A stretch of DNA of 64,000 bases from the NCBI GenBank assembly GCA_009914755.4, contig CP068257.2, forward strand, positions 35,808,001 through 35,872,000, given 5' to 3'. The translations under genes and the position numbers were made by a program. How positions within the stretch are numbered: the stretch's first letter is position 1; each line of letters begins with the position of its first letter. This DNA comes from the human T2T-CHM13v2.0 reference genome, Homo sapiens. Below the pieces are notes generated by a model. That model did not search any database. It worked only from the letters and a program-made list of their open reading frames with translations, and was not told where the DNA came from. This document shows, piece by piece, positions 1 to 13,796 of this stretch.

Positions 1-972
1 CATAGTTTTAAAATTTTCCCATTTTCCTCTAGAAGAGACAGAGTAACTAGCTCAGCAAAACCAAAACGTCACATTCAGCATCTGCAAGACTAGGTGAACA
101 GTATCCCCACTGACTCACATACAAGTAAGTAGGTGAGAGTGAATGTTGATAGCAAGACCTGTGTGGTATCAGCATTTGTGCAGAAGGAGGCATGAGGGTG
201 TCTGATGGACCTGAGAATAGGAGAACCCTAAGATAACCAACAGAGGAGACTCACTGCAGTGAGAGACTTGCGGAAATTATGTTTGAGAAGAGCAGCTGGA
301 ACTGGAGATAGTTTTGAGTTCCCTGGAGGACACAATAAGTTCTGAAGGGGGGTTAGAGTCATGTGGTCCCCATGAACTCTCAAAACCAGTTTAAGCTCCA
401 TTCCCAGTCAAAGCCCTACACCAAGGAGACACTGCTGGGGATAGAATCCACATTAAACAAGATGGAGATAATGAGGGCAAAGGAAAAAATGTCAGATGAA
501 AGTGGGAGAAGATAAAAGCACAGGAGATCTTATTCATGAGTCTATATTTTGGGATCCTTCATGAAAAGGGAAGAGAACTCTTATTGAAGTCAGAAAAGCT
601 ACTCCAGTTTCCCCAAAGTTTTTTATTTTACATAAAAACGAGCAGTGGACAGGGATCATAGTCAAAATCCCCACAGAGTTTTTATAAGAGAAAAGCATAA
701 GGAGCCGAATATTATTACTGCAGACAATGAAAGCATGCCAGAAAGAAATGTCCACAAAATAAATGAAACTATAACTTGTTTCAGAATAATCCCAGAGAAA
801 TTTAGAAAATGATACAAACACTAAAGCACAATGTAAATCTGAATAAGGAAAAATCAGAAAAGTGGTGATAACCCAGGAAAGAGAAGTAAAAGATAATTTA
901 AAAAATGAAACCTAAACAGAGTGAAAAACACAATATAAAATTTCTCAAAAAACTGTTTAAGATGAATAACCA

Positions 973-1279
<307 letters not shown>

Positions 1280-1464
1280 AGATGAATAACCAAGAAGAAA
1301 TGAAGAAAAATGAAGCATTCCAGAGAAAGCGACAGTTACTAAAGACAGGCAAGGAAGTTTCAACATACAAATAACAGGAGGCTCTGAAGAAGAACTAAAG
1401 CAATGAAACTTAACAGATACTAACAATATAACTCAAGAAAATTTGTTGAAATTTGCTTTGCAGA

Positions 1465-1765
1465 TTTTTTTTAAGAGAGTCTTGCTGTGTTGCCTAAGCT
1501 GGAATGCCATGTGGCATAAGCATGGCTCACTGCAGCCTTGAACTCCTGGGCTAAAGCTATCCTCCTGCCTCAGCCTCCCAAGTAGCTAGGACTGCAGGCA
1601 CGTGCTGCCACACCTGGCTAACTTCTTTATTTTTATTTCTGTAGAGATGTGGTCTTGCTGTGTTCCCTAGGCTGGTTTTGAACTGCTGAAGACCAGCCTT
1701 AAGTGATTCTTCCGCCTTAACCTCCCAAAGTGCTGGGATTACAGGTGTGAGTCACCGTCTTGGCC
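1465..1765 (-). mobile_element. Alu SINE (older, diverged AluJ/S type), minus orientation
   Basis: T8 then gagagtcttgctgtgttgcctaagctggaatgc...cctcccaaagtgctgggattacaggtgtgagtcaccgtcttggcc, the reverse complement of the Alu consensus. Confidence 0.85.
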
Positions 1766-2382
1766 TTTAGTCACTTTTTAGTGTGCTTTTAAAATTTAAA
1801 CATTCTCCAGCATCAATATTCTTCTATAGTACTGTTTTAAATGACTAATCAGTATTCTGCGAATTAGTTAATGTTTAACGGTTCCCCATTTTTGCTAATT
1901 AGTTCATGAACAATGTTTAAGTGGATACTATTATCGTGTTTTTTGTTTGTTTTTTATTTATTGCCTTAGGTTCAATTCCTAGAAGTTGGAATTGTTAAGG
2001 TGAAGCATATGTACATTTTAAAGCCTTTTGATACATTATTTTCAAATACCTTTTTAAAGTACAGTTTATGCTTCTACCAGCTGCACATCAGAATTTTTCT
2101 GCACCCTAGGATCCTAGGTATTTTAAAATGTTTGCCAATTCAATAGACAAAACATAACTCAATATTTACATTTACATTTGCTTGAATATTAGACCGAGTA
2201 TGTTTTTTGGGGGGTTTGTTACTCATGTTTTTTGTGAGTTTCCTTTTATCATTCTTTGTTGATATTTCTTTGGGGTTTTAATTTTTTTTCTTAATTTACC
2301 AAAGTTTCTCATTGAACCCTTACTAGATGCCAATGACTATTCTAAATTATTTACAGGTATTAACTTATTTACTCCTAATGAT

Positions 2383-2510
2383 AACTCTGGTACAGGTACT
2401 GTGATTGACCCAGACAGAGGTTCGGTAGCCTGCCCCAGGTCACACAGCTAGTAAGGGATGGAGCTGGGGAGCAAATTCAGGGCCTGTGAGTCCCTCCTCT
2501 TAATGATCAT
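2383..2510 (-). mobile_element. MIR (tRNA-derived ancient SINE) fragment
   Basis: ccccaggtcacacagctagtaagggatggagctggggagcaaattcagggcctg matches the antisense of the MIR core (…gctctgccacttactagctgtgtgacctt…). Confidence 0.55.
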
Positions 2511-3192
2511 GCTTTTGATTTTAGGGATACTTACTGTTACTTATTGCTGGTACATTTTCCAGTTTGCATTTGCCTTTTGTTCATGGTGTCGTTTTATACA
2601 AGAGCTTTAACTTTTTGTATGGGAGAACTAAGTTTTATTTATTAGTGTAATGCCTCAAACATAACAGATTCTCAAATCTATGTGTTGAACAAATGAGAAT
2701 GAACCCATCAGCAGTCTGTTGATGGTGATGACCTTTTATGTAGTGTAATATGTATCTCCTTTTAAAGGGATTCCCAGGGCTTCATAAATGAGTTACTCTT
2801 TGGTTTTTATCAGGCACAGTAAGCTTATCTGTATTAGCTCTTCTGGAAAGTTTTTTAGATGTAATCACTGCTTTTAAAAGGAACATGTGTTCTTAAACAA
2901 GCAAATAGGAGTTGTGAAGAATGTATTTATTGATAATGATTTGAATTGTAGATTCAAAGTGAAATGAAATAATTTCACTCTAGGAATAATTTGATGGGAT
3001 TTGTTTTTTGTATTTTTAGAAAATTATAGATTTGGCCATTGTTTAAAAAGTTTTGAATAAATTTTGGCTTAGTGTAAGAAGATTCTTTGATAGGAAAACT
3101 AAAACTATTTGATATAAAAAGTTATCATTGCTTAAGATTTGGATAGTGTAGATCATCTCCTCAAAAGGTGAAATTTAAGATTTTACTTTTCT

Positions 3193-3273
3193 CGAATTCC
3201 TGACCTCAGGTTATCCTGCTGCCTTGGGCTCCCAAAGTGCTGGGATTACAGGTATGAGCCACCGTGCCCGACC
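3193..3273 (-). mobile_element. 81-bp fragment of an Alu (consensus 5' end only), flanked by a 16-bp direct repeat and lacking a poly-A tail
   Basis: cgaattcctgacctcaggttatcctgctgccttgggctcccaaagtgctgggattacaggtatgagccaccgtgcccgacc. The direct repeat aagattttacttttct lies at 3177-3192 and 3274-3289. Confidence 0.8.
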
Positions 3274-3668
3274 AAGATTTTACTTTTCTTTAAGCACTCT
3301 TTCTCCTCTTCTCTCTGGTGGTGAATACCAGGCTACTTAATGGTGCCTTCTTAGTTTGGCCTCTGTATTCCTTAGTCTTTTAAAAAAGTGTAGAGATCCA
3401 TATTGCTAATGGATATACATTAGAGAGAAACACAAATAAGTTAATTTTAATTTTTATAAACCATCCACAAAATATACTCCATGGAATCAGATACTCAAAA
3501 AGATACCGAGATGTAAATATTTATGTTGTTAACGCAAATCCAGGTCTGCTTTGTAGAAGGTTACCAAAGCTTAAAAACCATTGTTGAGTGCTTGCTGTTT
3601 TTGTAACCTACTGGTTGCAGCCAGCTCTTTCCTCTCCTACTGGTGGTAGTAGTATTCTTCAGGCCATT

Positions 3669-4051
3669 TGTATTAGTCTGTTCTTGCACTGCTATAAAGG
3701 AAACCTAAGACTGGGTCATTTATGAAGAAAAGAGTTTTAATTGGTACACGGTTCCACAGGTTATACATGAAGCATGGCTAGGGAGGCCTCAGGAAACTTA
3801 GAGTCATGGTAGAGAGTGAAGGGGAAGCAGGCATGTCTTACATAGCCCCAGCAGGAGGAAAAGAGAGAAGTGGGAGTGCTACACACTTCTAGACAACCAG
3901 ATCTCGCGAGAACGTACTCACCATCGTGAGAATAGCAAGGGGGAGGTGTGCCCCTGTGATCCAATCACCTTTCAAGAGGCCTCTCCTCCAACATTGAGAA
4001 TTACAGCTTGACGTGAGATTTGTGTGGGGACACATATCCAAAACATAATCA
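3669..4051 (-). mobile_element. Solo LTR of the MaLR (ERVL-MaLR; THE1/MST-like) family
   Basis: Begins with the reverse-complemented LTR 3' end tgtattagtctgttcttgcactgctataaaggaaacctaagactgggtcatttatgaagaaaagagttttaattgg. Ends ...attacagcttgacgtgagatttgtgtggggacacatatccaaaacataatca, the reverse complement of the canonical TGATATGGTTTGGCTGTGTCCCCACCCAAATCTCATC LTR start. Track ORFs 3761..3964 and 3889..4098 lie inside it. Confidence 0.8.
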
Positions 4052-6095
4052 CCATGCTTAGCCGATATTGTTAAATTCAGACTTGTTCTTTTAAGCATTA
4101 ATCAGTCAATTTACATGCTTATGTTAATAAAATTTAATCCATTCTGGAAGTAAAAGAACGAAATGTCAGTTTTCCTTTTCCTCGTTTCCACTTACAGGGG
4201 TAACCCCTTTTACTATTTTCCGTTTTAAAATTCTTCTCTTGGTTGCCTCCATGATTTTTAATACATTAGTATGTTTGTAGCTGTGTTTTAGTATTTTAAA
4301 AAACTATTGAAAAATGAAACCAGATAGCTCTCAGTGCTACCTCTTTTCCATCCAGTTTCTCCCGATCCTCTTTTAAAGTTTTTCTGTTGATTATTATTAA
4401 AATTTTATAAAACTAACTTAAACCTCATTCTTGGCCATCAGTTTTAGACAGTTTCTCTTGATTTCTCAAGATTTGAAATGAGAGCTTTAGAGCCCTTTAT
4501 ATTTCTTTTTACCTCACAGCTGTTACCCACCAGTTACTTCCAGCTTGTATATAGGTATGTTCACTTACACATCTTTCTTTCACTTAATTGAATCCTTTAT
4601 TTTTGTCTTAGAATCTTCTGAATATTGAAAACAGAGAACTATACTGGAAGAACATAGTGTATTAAGACTCATGGAGAGGGAGATGTGATACTGTGTCACT
4701 GAGGTCGTTCCAGTCATAGGAGAAATGTTACCACTGGATTGAGGTCTGGTACATTTTAAAAGATGATTTAATTCTATGATATGTGTTCAACTTGCACTAG
4801 GATAGTTTTTACTTTCACCTTTGTTCCATGCACCGCGCAAATACCTGGGAACCCTTGTTGCCCAACTCAAGAGCCAGAGTCCTCTGTCATCATTTTGCCT
4901 CTCTCCTAAGTGACAGGACTGAGTGCAGACTTGGTGTTTGTGGGTGAGGCATGTGGACTGACAGGCAGGCTTCAGTTTATTTAGCGAGTGTGAGCCCTGG
5001 CAGGAAGATTCTCTTTCTCTGCTTGCCAGGTTGAGGAGGCCTCATTAAGCAGTTTGAACTTGTGGTTTTGGCGTGTCTAGTCCTGGTGCAGGTGGCTTGG
5101 TATCCTCACAGGCATTTCTTTGGCCTCACCCTTGGGGTGACTGTTCACTTGTGTTTGAGCGGCTGGGACTCAGTAGGTTCACTGGAGTAGGTATTTCTTT
5201 AGAGCCACTGGCGGAGGCTGATCATGCGGCAGATAGTTGTTTAGTATCAAGCCAGTCTCTCCCCTTCTTTCTACTCCAGTTTTTCTTTACCACCCAGAAT
5301 GGCATCTGCCACTTCTGCTCTGGTTCCTAGATCTTTTTGACATTCCTTAAATTATTGGTATTATCCCAGTTGCCTTTTCTTGCAGAAAACTGACAAAATC
5401 TTTGGTTCACTGGTATGTCTCCATCCCATGCTTTATTTTATTTAGTGATCTTTCACTGCTTGTTTCTATGGATGATATAGAGGAATATAGAGGATAAGAA
5501 CAATATGTTTACTCTATCCAGTGTTCTAGATTTTCTTGTTAGAAGCACCCTCCTTCCCAGCTTGGGAAAACTGAGCTGCTGGGGTGGCTGTTGGCTCCTT
5601 CGCTTGCTGTTAGTTTTAAAGGATTGTTTTCAGTCACACTTGAATTGTAGCTATCCTTGGTTCTCTTTTTACCAATGAATTCTGGTAGTATGTTTTAAGA
5701 GCTGGGTGGCCTTCCTGGCCTTTGTAAACATTTCCTGCAATGCCTAGCTTTAGTGAGCTGCGAAGTTGCCCATTGGAGATGAGGCTCTATTGAAAGTCAG
5801 CACCTGTACTTCACTCCCTGCCTTTTGTGACTTTGGGTTTCGACCGGGTGTTTGGAAGCACTGTTTCTTCTGTCCTTGACCTTGTTCCACATGTTTTACC
5901 CATTACCTCCTGTGAGCAGGCACAGGGCCTTTCCTTGTCACCTGGGCTTCAGCTGCTTTGAGGATGACTACTTACCCCTTGCAGTAGCTTCCCACCAAGG
6001 TTCTTGAAAGGGAAGTTTTCATAATGTTCATTTTTTTAAAAAGTTAGACCAGCTATACCCCCTAAACTTAAGTCTGCTTGTTTTCATATGACGTA

Positions 6096-6367
6096 GAAAT
6101 TGATACAAAAATACTTTATGTAGTTTGTATAGATGTAGTTGCTTAAGAAAGATGACACTTACTGTACTATTTTGTTGTCTTGATAAGTACAGTACAAAAA
6201 CCAGTTTTTAAACCCTAAAGTTAATTTGCAAGAAATTGATACAAAAATACTTTATGTAGTTTGTATAGATGAAGTTGCTAAGAAAGGTGACACTTACTGT
6301 ACTATTTTGTTGTCTGGATAAGTACAGTACAAAAACCAGTTTTTAAACCCTAAAGTTAATTTGCAAG
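6096..6367. repeat. Tandem duplication: 2 copies of a ~136-bp unit, about 96% identical
   Basis: Unit gaaattgatacaaaaatactttatgtagtttgtatagatg[t/a]agttgct[t]aagaaag[a/g]tgacacttactgtactattttgttgtct[t/g]gataagtacagtacaaaaaccagtttttaaaccctaaagttaatttgcaa, repeated head-to-tail at 6096-6231 and 6232-6367. Confidence 0.9.
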
Positions 6368-7173
6368 AATCTTTTTGTTTTGACAATATACTATTATAAC
6401 TTTTAGCTGAATAAAATCTTAAGTCAACTTTTATGTTTTCATGATACCTAAATGAGGGAGCAAAAGTATATTTAGTATATGACAGTATACTGTCATATAC
6501 TACTGAATTTTCATAAGGTTCTAGGAGCCTTTTTTTTTGTTCTGGGAAAGGGAGGGAGGAAGAGGATGGCACTGTTACCCAAATGTGAGTTAGTTGATTC
6601 AGAAGAGTAAAGAATAGTCCAATAGTCCAGTAGTTAAAAATTTATGTCTGTAATCCAGATTTAAATACCAGTTTATCTTCTAGCTTTATAAACAGTCTTA
6701 ATGAGAAGTAGGGGACAAAAAAGAAGCAGGATTGCCCTTAGGTTAGAGAATAGAAATATCTACTTGGCTTAACGTTTTTATGAAAGATGTCCAGCAAAAC
6801 TGTGGTGGCAGCCTCACTTTAGAGAATGAGGTATTAAAAACTTGACCAAGGTAGTCATGCCAGACTTTTGAATATTTTTCCAAATAAGATGGCTTCAAAT
6901 TGAAAAATTTTATCCACTTGATATTTTTCAAAACTATAAAGCTGTGTTCTATTTCTACCTAAAATATAAAATTGTTAGTATGGTATGATTTGTCATTTGA
7001 GATGATCTTGGCTAATACATTACTGGGCATAATAATGGCTATTACACATTGAGAGGATAGAGGCTGTTTCCGTGTCTCAAGCATCATTAACTGCAGATAA
7101 AAAAAAGTTAACAGTTATTCTAAAAATATTTCTTATAGGGGAGAAAATGTAATCAGTATATTGTATGTTTTAG

Positions 7174-7334
<161 letters not shown>

Positions 7335-7388
7335 TTAATGATTAATTGTATACTTAGAAAACTTACTTTCTTTACTAGGAATTCTAAA

Positions 7389-7409
7389 AATATATATATA
7401 TATATATAT
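7389..7409. repeat. (TA)n microsatellite, about 10 units
   Basis: atatatatatatatatatat. Confidence 0.9.
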
Positions 7410-9539
7410 GTAATGAAGATTTTAGTTTAGTAAGTTAACTATTTTAAAACATGTTTAATGTTTAATTTCTGATTCTAAAAGTAGTACTTTTTGGTACTTT
7501 CCTAAACTCCATAATTTAAGTAACTTTAAAAAGAACTGATGCTAAGCTAAACATTTAAATTGAGGATTATCCCAGAGCATCTGTCACTAGGCAGATGATG
7601 TTTCCTTATGTCTCTAGTCCCCAAAGGAAAGTAGGAGTGCCAAGTTTTTAATATTTGTCCCTTTCAAGAAGGGGAAAGTTTTGTGATACAAAAAATGTTT
7701 AAGAGGTGGACCAGGAAACAGTCCCTTGACATGGAAAATGCCCAGGCTGAGTTAGGATTGCTTTATCTATATGGAGGGAATAAGAACCTGGGAGAACAAA
7801 CCAAAATATTAAAGATTCATGAGTAAGAGTATGAATGAAATTGGCTTTAAAATCTTTCCCTTTTATTTCTCTCTTACCTTTATCCTTCGGAATTAAAGGA
7901 GGCTAATGCAGGTTCCAAGTAGTTCAAAAATGTACCAAAAGTTGTGAAGTTTAAAGGGCTGAGATTGAGTCTTTCAGGGAATGGATTAAATACTTTGGTT
8001 TCGACAGTGATTTTCAAACCTGTCTTAAGCCTTGACTCGTAGTGTGTAGATGATAGTATCGTGAATGATCCTGAGCTAATCTCATGAAAGCTTACATTTA
8101 AACAAATTTTCATATGGACAAGAAACCAAGAGACATTGATGTGTGACTAAAATATTGATTATTCATGGATTCTGCGAGAGCTTTGCTTTTTATCTGTGGG
8201 ATCTTACGCATTATGTTTCTAAAAATATAGTTTCTTTGTTTCTAGGATGGGGGGGTTAATATTAGATTATTTTTAAGTTTCCTTCTAGTTTTAGAGTTAT
8301 TGATCCTTTTTCTGACTTTTAGAACCTGACTTTTCCAGTCTTGGTTTCATTGGACTTTAACGGGTTCCAGAATTCCTGAGTAGAGAGAACATGGGAAGAA
8401 ATTAAGGGACAGGTGTGGGTGATGGGTGCTTAGAGATGGTGGAAAAGTGGCTTCAGGAGAAGAGAAATTGTAGTGTTAGGGATAGGACCAGCATGCTCTT
8501 CTCTTGGAATCTGATGCTTGAAATCTACTCTGTCTTAATGAAATATACTTTACAAATGCTAGACGTCTTTCTGGAGACGTTTATAGACACTCTATGGAAA
8601 AATATCTAAAAATCATGAAATTTTTCATGATGTGGAATGAATCTGTACTCTATTTAGGAGGAGATAATTGCTAGGCTAGGTGGGACAAGTTGATCTATTT
8701 TAAAATAAAATTGTATCTTTTATAAGGCACAAATGGGAACTGTGTCTCCTTGACATGTTTCAAAGCATTTCTCTGAATATGTGAGATTAAAGAAACTCTC
8801 AACCACTCAGAATTGTCAGAACACTGATGTTCTTTAAAACTATCTTTGTAGCTGTTAGTATGTACTGACACAGTTGAAGTTTTTAATGTTTTATTCATTA
8901 TTAGACATTTTGCATATGAATGTAATGTCTTTTATTTACAGTTACATCTTAACTGAACTTGGTTCCCAGATATGAGTATTATTTACTTGGTCTCAGTCTT
9001 CATATTTTAAGCTCTATAGGTTAATACTTAATTGGGTTTTATTTTAAAATTATTTTTGAAGCTATATATTAAAGTTTGTCGTAATAAACCAAATGTTAGT
9101 TTTCCTCCACCTGGGAATACTTGAGACTTCAGTGAGCCACGCTTTCTGTTATGCCCACCTCTTTAGTCTTTCCATTATAGAATAAACATGCTTTGTGTGA
9201 TTTCTCTAAAATGTAATGTTTGAGAATCTATTTTAATGTATAGAAAGACATTTACATAATGCTTTTGAGTAGGTGGGGAAAAAAGTTGAAATGTTGATGG
9301 CAGCATCTGTTAGAAAAACTCACATGTCTATATAGTAAAAAGTTAAAATTACAACAAATGCACTACTTTAACTGTGTTCTGCATGTTATTCCATGGGATC
9401 GCCTTTGGAGTAAAGTAGAATATGTTTCTAGTCTTTTATAGTTGGTGTTAATTTTGTTCTAAACGTGAAAGTGTTAACAGCAAGTTGAAAATGTGACAAA
9501 GCTCAATTTCATTTCTTGTTTATTGCTTGTTTTCCTATT

Positions 9540-9830
9540 GGACAATTGGAAGTAGCTTTGCCCTGGCAACTAAAATAGGCTATTTGCATAACCTAGTTTG
9601 ATTGGCTAGCATCCTGACTAACAGTTCCAATCATATGGTGTCGGTTTAGTGGTAGGCTATGCTAATTAGCCGCTGTTGCTGGGGTTCAGGGATGGTTTCT
9701 GTGTGCTGTTCTGCTGCATTGTGTTGCCTGGTGAGAGACATTGATAAATGAGCGTTTAATGATCTGCAGCAGTTCCCACTCACTGCGGGCAGGCGGATTT
9801 TAGAACAGAAGTGGAAATAAGGCTTTAATT
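9540..9830. promoter_or_regulatory. Candidate intronic cis-regulatory block: repeat-free, dense in transcription-factor motifs (speculative)
   Basis: Unique sequence carrying an octamer ATTTGCAT (ggctatttgcataacc), an inverted CCAAT box (gattggct), a palindromic homeodomain site (gctaattagc), TAATGA, a GATA-like site (cattgataaatga) and TTAATTGC, all within about 250 bp. No repeat signature. Confidence 0.25.
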
Positions 9831-12800
9831 GCTCTGTTAAATAACTGTAACCAAAATATGTGTATTACATTTTAGAAATTAAGTTGTATGAAATCTTAAA
9901 TACTTCATAACACAAAAGGAAAATACTTTAGCTTTGTCTCTTAAAATATAACTCAGGTAGCAGCACTATGCACAGGTTTCCTAAAACTGTGAAACTGATC
10001 ATTTTTTTCAGATCAGAAACAGTACCCTTGTAGTAAGTAGCATGCTTGATTTTTCTTATGACTTTGACCTTTTATAAAGATACACGTTTGTATTTAATAA
10101 AATGTTGCAAGCTTTTGGGCAGAATTTATCTTGTACTGCCTGTGTAGTCTAGCAAATAAGAGCATAAACTTGAATTCCCTGTTCTTCTTCTGTTGAATTT
10201 GAAGATCAGGTTGTTATTCACTACCTCCTGCTATTACTTTTCTAATTGAAGTCAGATGTTTTAACTGTTGCTTGTACCGTTATGTTGGTGTATGTGAAGT
10301 CTTTATTGGTACTGTCAGATGGTAGGTTCTGCAGAAAAAAAAATCAGTTCTTTGTTTAAGGAACATGAGGTGAAGAATAAATACATGTGACGTTAGATTA
10401 AAAATTCAAGATGACCATATGGAAAAGTGCTGTAAGGATTTATCTGGAAGGGTATAGGGGAAAAAATTCTAGGCCTTTTTATGATAGGGACATGGGAAAT
10501 GGATTGAGAGTCTGGGAAAGGGTTAAAGAGGAAGCCCATAGAATTTGTGTTAAGGTTTTAAATATCACTTAGGTTTCAAACAGCTAGAGAGTAATAAGAA
10601 GAAAGAGCATTTTAGGGTGAGGAATAGGTGAGCAAAAGTAATGTTTCTGGTATTCAGTTGTCAAATGTAAGTGGTCACAGTGATCAAGGACTCCGGGGCC
10701 TTAGGTGTGTCAGTGCCCCAGCTTCCAGGCAGGCTTGTGTCATTCCCTTGAAATAAGACCTGGTGTCTTACTGTTCCAGCTAGCACCATTTCTGGCTTTT
10801 TGTCACTTGGTTTTGTTGGAAGCAGGGCTGTCCACTTTTTGTGTCTGATGGTTAAAGCATAGGACTCTTTTGCCTTCTTTTGTCCCTCCCATTGGCCCTA
10901 AAGCATTGAAACACGGATGCCAAAAATAATTCATGTGAATTTAGATGTTTGTATTAAATTTTCTGTAAAGTGTATCCCTTTAATTGTTCTGGCCTTTATT
11001 TAAGAGCATAGTAAAATTAGACAAGCTAACTGGACAATCTTACAGACTAGTAAAGAATGAAAACCAACATTAAACCATAACATTTGATTCTTAATCACAC
11101 GTCCCCAGGCATATATACTGAACATGTATTCTAAAATAAATTTACAGAAATGCTTTATTCAACCAGTCAGAGGGGACCTAGATACAGAATTTATAATTTA
11201 ACAGAGGTGGATATGTCTTTACATAACTATATGACATGGTGGAGTATGGAGTATCCATGCTGTAAGAGAGGTGGAAATTCAGAAGAGGGAGAAATTTTTG
11301 GATTGGGACTAGGAAAAGATTCTTGGCGAAAATGGTATTTCATATGGTCTTGAGGAATGGGCAGTATTTTAACAGGTGATGTTTGAAGGCTACAGGGTGT
11401 GGAAGATGCTATACCAGTTGAAGATGGGGGCCTGTTCGAAAATTGCATTTACTAAGGTAGATGGTAGAGGAGACTATGTTGTTGAGGGCCCTAAGTGGTG
11501 GATAGTATAGACTTTGAAGTTTTTCTTGTAAAAAGTGGGGGATTTTTGAATTTTTTACAGCAGTGGTTCACAATGTGTTTTTTAAAAACACATGCCCTCC
11601 ATGAATGTTTGCAAGTTTCAAAATAGACATTTCTTTGATTTTTAAAATATGAAAATGTGGTATTGAGTAATTTCAAGGGGTTTTTGAGTTGCCATCATCT
11701 AAAACGAGATATGTTGTAGGAGAAGCAGATTTTTTTGTGGAGTGGAGGGAAGGGATTGATTGTACTTAGAGTCAGGTTTTGAATGGGTTAAAAGTTTTTA
11801 AAACAGCTTTATTGTGTTATAATTGGCCTACAGTAAACTTCACATAATTGAAAGTATACAATTTGATGGATTTTGACAAGTATTACTTGTGAAACTTTTA
11901 CCACAAGTCAGATAATGAAGATTTATTACTTCACTTGTTCCAGAATTTTATATAAACAGGATTATATGTGTTCTTTTTGCCTGGTTTTAGTTCTTTTGAG
12001 AGTCATATGTGTTGTGATACCTATCAGTAGTTCACTGTTTTTATTGCTGAGTAGTATTTCATTGTGTGTATATACTTTGGTTTATCCACTTACCTGTTGA
12101 AGCACATTTGGGTTGTTTCCAGTTTTTGTCTATTACAAATAAAGATGCTATGAATATTGTTGTACAACTTTTTGTATGGACATATGTTTTTATTTCTCTT
12201 TATTTCCTAACATTGGAGTGACTCAATCATGTGGTGGGTATATGCCTAACTTTTAAAGAAACTGCTAAATGGTTTTACAAAGTAGTTGTACCGTTTTACA
12301 TTTTCACCAGCAGTTCAGGAGAGTTTCAGTTGCTTCACATTTTGCCATATTTGGTGGTCAGCCTTTTTAATTTTAGCCATTCTAATACTTGGGTAGTGAT
12401 ATCTCATTGTGTTTCTCTGTGATTAATGTTGTTGAGCATCTTTGTATGTACTTTTTTGCCCCCTGTATGTCGTGTTTGGTGAAGTGTTTGTTCAAATCTT
12501 TTGTCATTCTTTTTTCGGTTATTGAGCTTTTAGAGTTTCTTATACATTTGATACAAATCCTTTATCAAATACATGATTTGCTAAGCTTTTCTCCTAGTCC
12601 ATGGCTTGTCTTTTTATTCTCTTTAAAAGTGTCTTGAAGATCTGATGTTTTCAATTTTTATGAAGCCTAATTTATTCATTTGTTCTTTTATGAAAGCTGC
12701 TTTTGGAAAGTTTTTGCATAATTGTCCCATGATCAAAAACGTTTTTGCCTATGTTTGTTGTTGTTTTTTTCCCCACTAGATTTTACAGTTTTAGGTTTTA

Positions 12801-13796
12801 TATTTAAGTCTGTGGTCCATTTGGAGTTAATGTTTGTTAATAGTGTGCTGCAAAGTATAGATCAAAGATCACTTTTTTTTGCAAATGGATATTCATTTAT
12901 TGTAGAACCATTTGTCAAAAGGACTGTCCTTTCTCCACTGAATTGCCTTTGCACCTTTGTCAAAAATCAGTCTTCCATATATGTGTGGGTCTGTTTGTGG
13001 ATTTTCCATTCTGTTCCATTAATCTATTTGTCCTGATACCAATACCATATTGTGTTGACCTTCTGTGGCCTTAATAATAATTAATGCAATCAGGTAGTCT
13101 TAATTCTACAACTTTCCTCTTATTCAAAGTTTTTATAACTACTCTAGGTCTTTTGCATTTTCATATGAATTTTCAAATCAGTTCGCTAATTTCTTCAATA
13201 AAGTTTGCTAGGATGTTGATTGGGGTTGTGTTGAATATATAGATAATTTCAGAAGAATTGATACTTTAACTGTATTGATTTTTGGACCCGTGCACATATA
13301 TCTATTTAGCCCTTTCTCTCATTTTTCTAATTTTCAGTATGCAGTTTTTTCATGTATTTTGTCAGGTTTATGCCTAAGTATTTCATATTTTTGTCACTAT
13401 TTTAAATGGCTTTTAAATTTCAGTTTCTGATATATAGTTACAGTACTAGCACATAGAAATACAATTGATATAAATATATCCTTGTATTCTGTGACCTTGC
13501 TAAAATCACTTAATAATGCAGCTTTTTGGTAGGTTCCATCACATTTTCTATCTAGATAATCACATTTCCTATGATGAGAGACAATTTTTCTGCTTTCCAG
13601 TTTGGTTACCTTGTATGTATTTCTTTTTCTTGCCGTTCTACATTGGCTCCAACCTCTATGGAATGTGGAATATATATGGAACATAGACTACAATGTTGAA
13701 TAGAAGTAGTGAAAGAGGACATTCTGTTTTGTTCTTTATGTTAGAGGATCAAACAGTATGTTAGCTGTAGAGTTTTTTTGTCAGTGTCCTTTATCA

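Noticed and set aside
11873-13684. Run of ORFs (75-104 aa) across 11.8-13.7 kb, and similar ORFs at 36641-37162 and 40827-41254.
   Set aside because: They lie within decayed L1 LINE bodies, where antisense strands of L1 are stop-poor. There is no intact ORF1 or ORF2 and no evidence of a functional gene.
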